A stretch of DNA of 34,717 nucleotides, the filler included, from Rhizaria sp. SCN 62-66 (lineage: Eukaryota), in the NCBI GenBank assembly GCA_001724265.1. It is 2 parts of 2 records of this genome, joined end to end, with 100 filler letters (N's around TTAATTAATTAA, not from the genome) between each part and the next. Parts side by side here need not be neighbours in the genome. Positions count along the whole stretch, not along the records: positions 19,208 to 34,717 come from MEDY01000713.1; 1 more part is not named here. One strand, 5' to 3'. Made by a program: the position numbers and the translations under genes. The notes under the pieces are model-generated. The model was not told the DNA's origin. It did no database searches and saw only the letters and a program-made list of their open reading frames with translations. Shown here piece after piece: positions 33,401 to 34,717 of this stretch. The stretch's first letter is position 1, and the number at the start of each line of letters is the position of its first letter.

Positions 33401-33476
33401 CAAGCTGCTGCAGCGCGAGCGCCGTGCCAACAAGAAGCTGCGCAAGGGCGCCAAGAAGACTCTCGTTAAAAAGTGA
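30414..33476 (+). CDS. RIO1: RIO1-family atypical Ser/Thr kinase (pre-40S maturation); 1020 codons including one in-frame TAG at 31221-31223
   Basis: [98 protein letters not shown]. After the TAG, the same frame gives LFDFVT, EEEMADRVFQQVHVPTTLDEI and a RIO1-type acidic then basic tail (RKAAHQAVKLLQRERRANKKLRKGAKK). ORF-track entries 30387..31223 and 31332..33476 share one frame. Confidence 0.9.
33142..33296 (+). repeat. GAG/GAC trinucleotide tracts encoding poly-Glu/Asp in the RIO1 C-terminal acidic region
   Basis: DDDNEEEEEEEEEVDD and SDDDDDDEDDDEDEDEDEDDE. Confidence 0.8.
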
Positions 33477-34176
33477 GTGAGCTGACGCTGATTGCTGTTG
33501 CAAACGAAAGAGTGCTAACTTCATGTTAGATCGTTCTTGGGGCTTTGTTATTGGATGGGGATATGCTATATTAGTGATGGAAGGGCCAGATGGATTGCAC
33601 GTTAAGTGCTGTTTCATTTGGTCCATTGAGGATATAATACACCGTGTTTACAAGTTATAACTTTTTACGTCACTTTAGGTTCGCAGTTACTGGCGATGAA
33701 GTGAAGAGATGTATTAATACATGTACATATGTAATATGATAATTGACGTGAGAGAAGAAGTTAGTCAGTAAGAGGTATTATTCTGATATTACATATTCTT
33801 TAAATCTCGATACCATATCTAGGATTCAGCTTCATTGAGAAATGTTATACCTCGTTTCATGCTTTGAGACCACGCCGGTTAAGCTTGCTGGTTAAGCTTG
33901 AAGTTGACTGACCGAGAAGAAAGAGCGAGGCGCAGATGACATAGATGAAGAGTACGAGCAATACAACGATGATATGCGACTGGGACAAAGTTATAGTTTT
34001 GAAATTCAACATGTGTATGATTTGAAACTTGCTGTGGCGGCGACGGCGGCAAGCGGACTGGGACAAGCCAGCACCCGGAAGGTCGGAGCGGGACGGCTAC
34101 TCCGCAGATTCATCTCGACGGACGGAGAGAAGAGAATGAGGAGGAAGAGGGAGAAGAGCGGGTGTGGTAAAGCACT

Positions 34177-34470
34177 TTACTTCTTCTTGGAGATCTTACG
34201 AGTGTAGAACTCGAGCTCAGTGCCCTCGAGGATGTAGCCATCAGCGCGGCCGCACTGGCCGGGGCGGGAGGAGATGCAGGCGAGGAGACGGCCAGAGGAG
34301 AACTGCTCCTTGAGGTTCTGGCAGAGCTCGATGGAAGCACCAGCCTTGGCAGCCTTCTCAGCAGCACGCTTGGAGGTGTGGGTGACGGTGGGGACCTCAC
34401 CATTGACCTTCTTGCCGAGGGAGATGCCGTACTTCTTCTCGAAGTGAGCGCGGAAGGGGGCAGCATCGAC
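34177..34470 (-). CDS. RPS8: 40S ribosomal protein S8 (eS8), last coding exon
   Basis: [15 protein letters not shown]...[43 protein letters not shown] followed by TAA; contains the eS8 C-terminal signature [16 protein letters not shown]. Confidence 0.97.
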   Translation of the reverse strand, partial: VDAAPFRAHFEKKYGISLGKKVNGEVPTVTHTSKRAAEKAAKAGASIELCQNLKEQFSSGRLLACISSRPGQCGRADGYILEGTELEFYTRKISKKK

Positions 34471-34624
34471 CTGTGTAGTTGGGTTGCAAAAGGAAGGGTA
34501 AAACACGAGCAAAAGAGGCGAAGCAGTGAGTGTAAGTTGCATCAGAGTTAGAGAAGGAGGCAAAGAGTAAGTAGCACGAGGTACGGACGTATACCAGAGT
34601 GATAGCGAAGCGAGTGGGACGTAC
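34471..34624 (-). other. RPS8: Spliceosomal GT-AG intron of RPS8 (154 nt, phase 0)
   Basis: Donor GTACGT, internal CTAAC, pyrimidine-rich body, acceptor ACACAG. Removal joins ...KNAIVS to VDAAPF..., colinear with eS8. Confidence 0.92.
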
Positions 34625-34717
34625 GGAAACGATGGCGTTCTTGACGAGGGTCTTGGTGCGGACGAGCTCGTTGTTGGAGGAGTTGTAGACGGTGTCGAGG
34701 ATGCGGGTCTTCTGCGA
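34625..34717 (-). CDS. RPS8: RPS8 upstream coding exon (partial, runs off the window)
   Basis: [29 protein letters not shown] matches the conserved eS8 motif [23 protein letters not shown]. Confidence 0.95.

Noticed and set aside
34471-34563. ORF-track N-terminal extension of RPS8 (34177..34563)
   Set aside because: The extension is intron sequence; the true upstream exon lies at 34625-34717.
34471-34624. Intronic snoRNA in RPS8 (vertebrate RPS8 introns host C/D snoRNAs)
   Set aside because: No RTGATGA C box or terminal stem was found; only an isolated CTGA.
1-34717. CRISPR arrays, transposons, rRNA or prokaryotic defence systems
   Set aside because: No repeat-spacer arrays, terminal inverted repeats, transposase or reverse transcriptase motifs, or rRNA-like sequence were seen; all recognisable genes are eukaryotic.

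Overview
GC-rich eukaryotic (protist-like) genomic DNA, probably two contigs joined by an artificial 100-nt N44-TTAATTAATTAA-N44 linker (19108-19207). The left piece (1-19107) is one uninterrupted minus-strand reading frame of 6369 codons that the ORF track misses because it has no stop inside the window. It encodes a giant, low-complexity-inflated neurobeachin/LRBA/NBEAL-type protein (end of ConA-like domain, solenoid, PH, BEACH, WD40), partial at both ends. The right piece holds an orphan 473-aa Ser/Pro/Ala-rich gene (+), a 2857-aa EF-hand + WD40 gene (-), a divergently oriented RIO1 kinase gene (+), and the 3' part of RPS8 (-) with a 154-nt GT-AG intron. The most notable signal is in RIO1: a single in-frame TAG sits at the normally Glu position of the conserved RELF(D/E)F motif, and conserved sequence continues in frame for about 750 more codons. 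The four observed gene ends use TGA three times and TAA once. Candidate explanations are UAG recoding or readthrough, a sequencing error, or pseudogenisation. Most other ORFs in the track are shadow frames caused by high GC. Domain calls come from motif recognition by eye, not from database searches.
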